A stretch of 63,066 nt of DNA, filler included, from Octopus bimaculoides (Eukaryota), in NCBI RefSeq assembly GCF_001194135.2. It is 6 parts of 6 records of this genome, joined end to end, with 100 filler letters (N's around TTAATTAATTAA, not from the genome) between each part and the next. Parts side by side here need not be neighbours in the genome. Positions count along the whole stretch, not along the records: positions 60,368 to 63,066 come from NC_069006.1; 5 more parts are not named here. The stretch is one strand, 5' to 3'. A program made the translations under genes and the position numbers. Shown here piece by piece: positions 61,591 through 63,066 of the stretch (positions within the stretch are counted from its first letter, which is position 1; each line of letters starts with the position of its first letter). The notes under the pieces are model-generated. The model searched no databases. It worked only from the letters and a program-made list of their open reading frames with translations, and was not told where the DNA came from.

Positions 61591-62510
61591 ATATATATAT
61601 ATATATATANNNNNNNNNNNNNNNNNNNNNNNNNNNNNNNNNNNNNNNNNNNNNNNNNNNNNNNNNNNNNNNNNNNNNNNNNNNNNNNNNNNNNNNNNNN
61701 NNNNNNNNNNNNNNNNNNNNNNNNNNNNNNNNNNNNNNNNNNNNNNNNNNNNNNNNNNNNNNNNNNNNNNNNNNNNNNNNNNNNNNNNNNNNNNNNNNNN
61801 NNNNNNNNNNNNNNNNNNNNNNNNNNNNNNNNNNNNNNNNNNNNNNNNNNNNNNNNNNNNNNNNNNNNNNNNNNNNNNNNNNNNNNNNNNNNNNNNNNNN
61901 NNNNNNNNNNNNNNNNNNNNNNNNNNNNNNNNNNNNNNNNNNNNNNNNNNNNNNNNNNNNNNNNNNNNNNNNNNNNNNNNNNNNNNNNNNNNNNNNNNNN
62001 NNNNNNNNNNNNNNNNNNNNNNNNNNNNNNNNNNNNNNNNNNNNNNNNNNNNNNNNNNNNNNNNNNNNNNNNNNNNNNNNNNNNNNNNNNNNNNNNNNNN
62101 NNNNNNNNNNNNNNNNNNNNNNNNNNNNNNNNNNNNNNNNNNNNNNNNNNNNNNNNNNNNNNNNNNNNNNNNNNNNNNNNNNNNNNNNNNNNNNNNNNNN
62201 NNNNNNNNNNNNNNNNNNNNNNNNNNNNNNNNNNNNNNNNNNNNNNNNNNNNNNNNNNNNNNNNNNNNNNNNNNNNNNNNNNNNNNNNNNNNNNNNNNNN
62301 NNNNNNNNNNNNNNNNNNNNNNNNNNNNNNNNNNNNNNNNNNNNNNNNNNNNNNNNNNNNNNNNNNNNNNNNNNNNNNNNNNNNNNNNNNNNNNNNNNNN
62401 NNNNNNNNNNNNNNNNNNNNNNNNNNNNNNNNNNNNNNNNNNNNNNNNNNNNNNNNNNNNNNNNNNNNNNNNNNNNNNNNNNNNNNNNNNNNNNNNNNNN
62501 NNNNNNNNNN

Positions 62511-62556
<46 letters not shown>

Positions 62557-62689
62557 AAAAATGGAACAAGAATGTAACAAACGACAATAAAACATCTGGA
62601 CAGATAGACGATACGAAGACAGACAGGAAAAAGAACAAAATGACAAACAGGGCAACACAAAGACGGGCCATTTGTGGCCTTCTCTCATC

Positions 62690-62930
62690 AGTCAAGTTTC
62701 CATATATCGTTGCCAGTATTGCTTGACTGGCCTTCGTGCAGGTGACATGTAAAATCACCTACTACACTCTCTGAGTGGTTGGTGTTAGGAAGGGCATCCA
62801 GCTGTAGAAACTCTGCCAAATTTAGATTGGAGCCTGGTGTTGCCATCCGGTTTCACCAGTCCTCAGTCAAGTCGTCCAACCCATGCTAGCATGGAAAGCG
62901 GACGTTAAACGATGATGATGATGATGATGA
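62690..62930 (+). mobile_element. SINE-like family D copy
   Basis: gagtggttggtgttaggaagggcatccagctgtagaaactctgcc...ccatgctagcatggaaagcggacgttaaacgatgatgatg. Confidence 0.9.
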
Positions 62931-62972
<42 letters not shown>

Positions 62973-63066
62973 CACACCCACACATTTCTTCACCTGTGCT
63001 TGAGGTGTTGTGACTTGTCTCTACCATAAAACCAGATGTGTTTACATGGTAACAGACTTCACTCTG

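Overview
AT-rich, microsatellite-dense animal genomic DNA from a gappy draft assembly. The tRNA-derived SINE families and overall texture suggest an octopus (Octopus bimaculoides-like), which is an inference. The only host-gene sequence I can support is two adjacent minus-strand exons of an SLC6 (Na+/Cl- neurotransmitter/amino-acid transporter, GlyT2-like) gene at 58815-58946 and 57430-57557; no other exons of this gene were identified. The rest is transposon debris: about 10 fragments of R4/Dong-type RLE non-LTR elements, mostly in (AAT)n tracts; an RTE/BovB-type LINE with an apparently inverted 5' part; an L1/Tx1-type remnant; a near-complete mariner; other IS630-Tc1-mariner remnants; hAT and foldback MITEs; Penelope-like repeats carrying a minimal hammerhead motif; and many SINE copies from four families. 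The most unusual object is a ~700-bp unit in the SLC6 intron, bounded by a 15-bp direct repeat. It carries about 9 back-to-back GC-rich hairpins and ends in a 3' tail shared with a SINE variant and with the Tx1-type LINE in this same window. Most ORFs in the supplied track are microsatellite or N-gap artefacts. Many element boundaries are approximate, set by eye.
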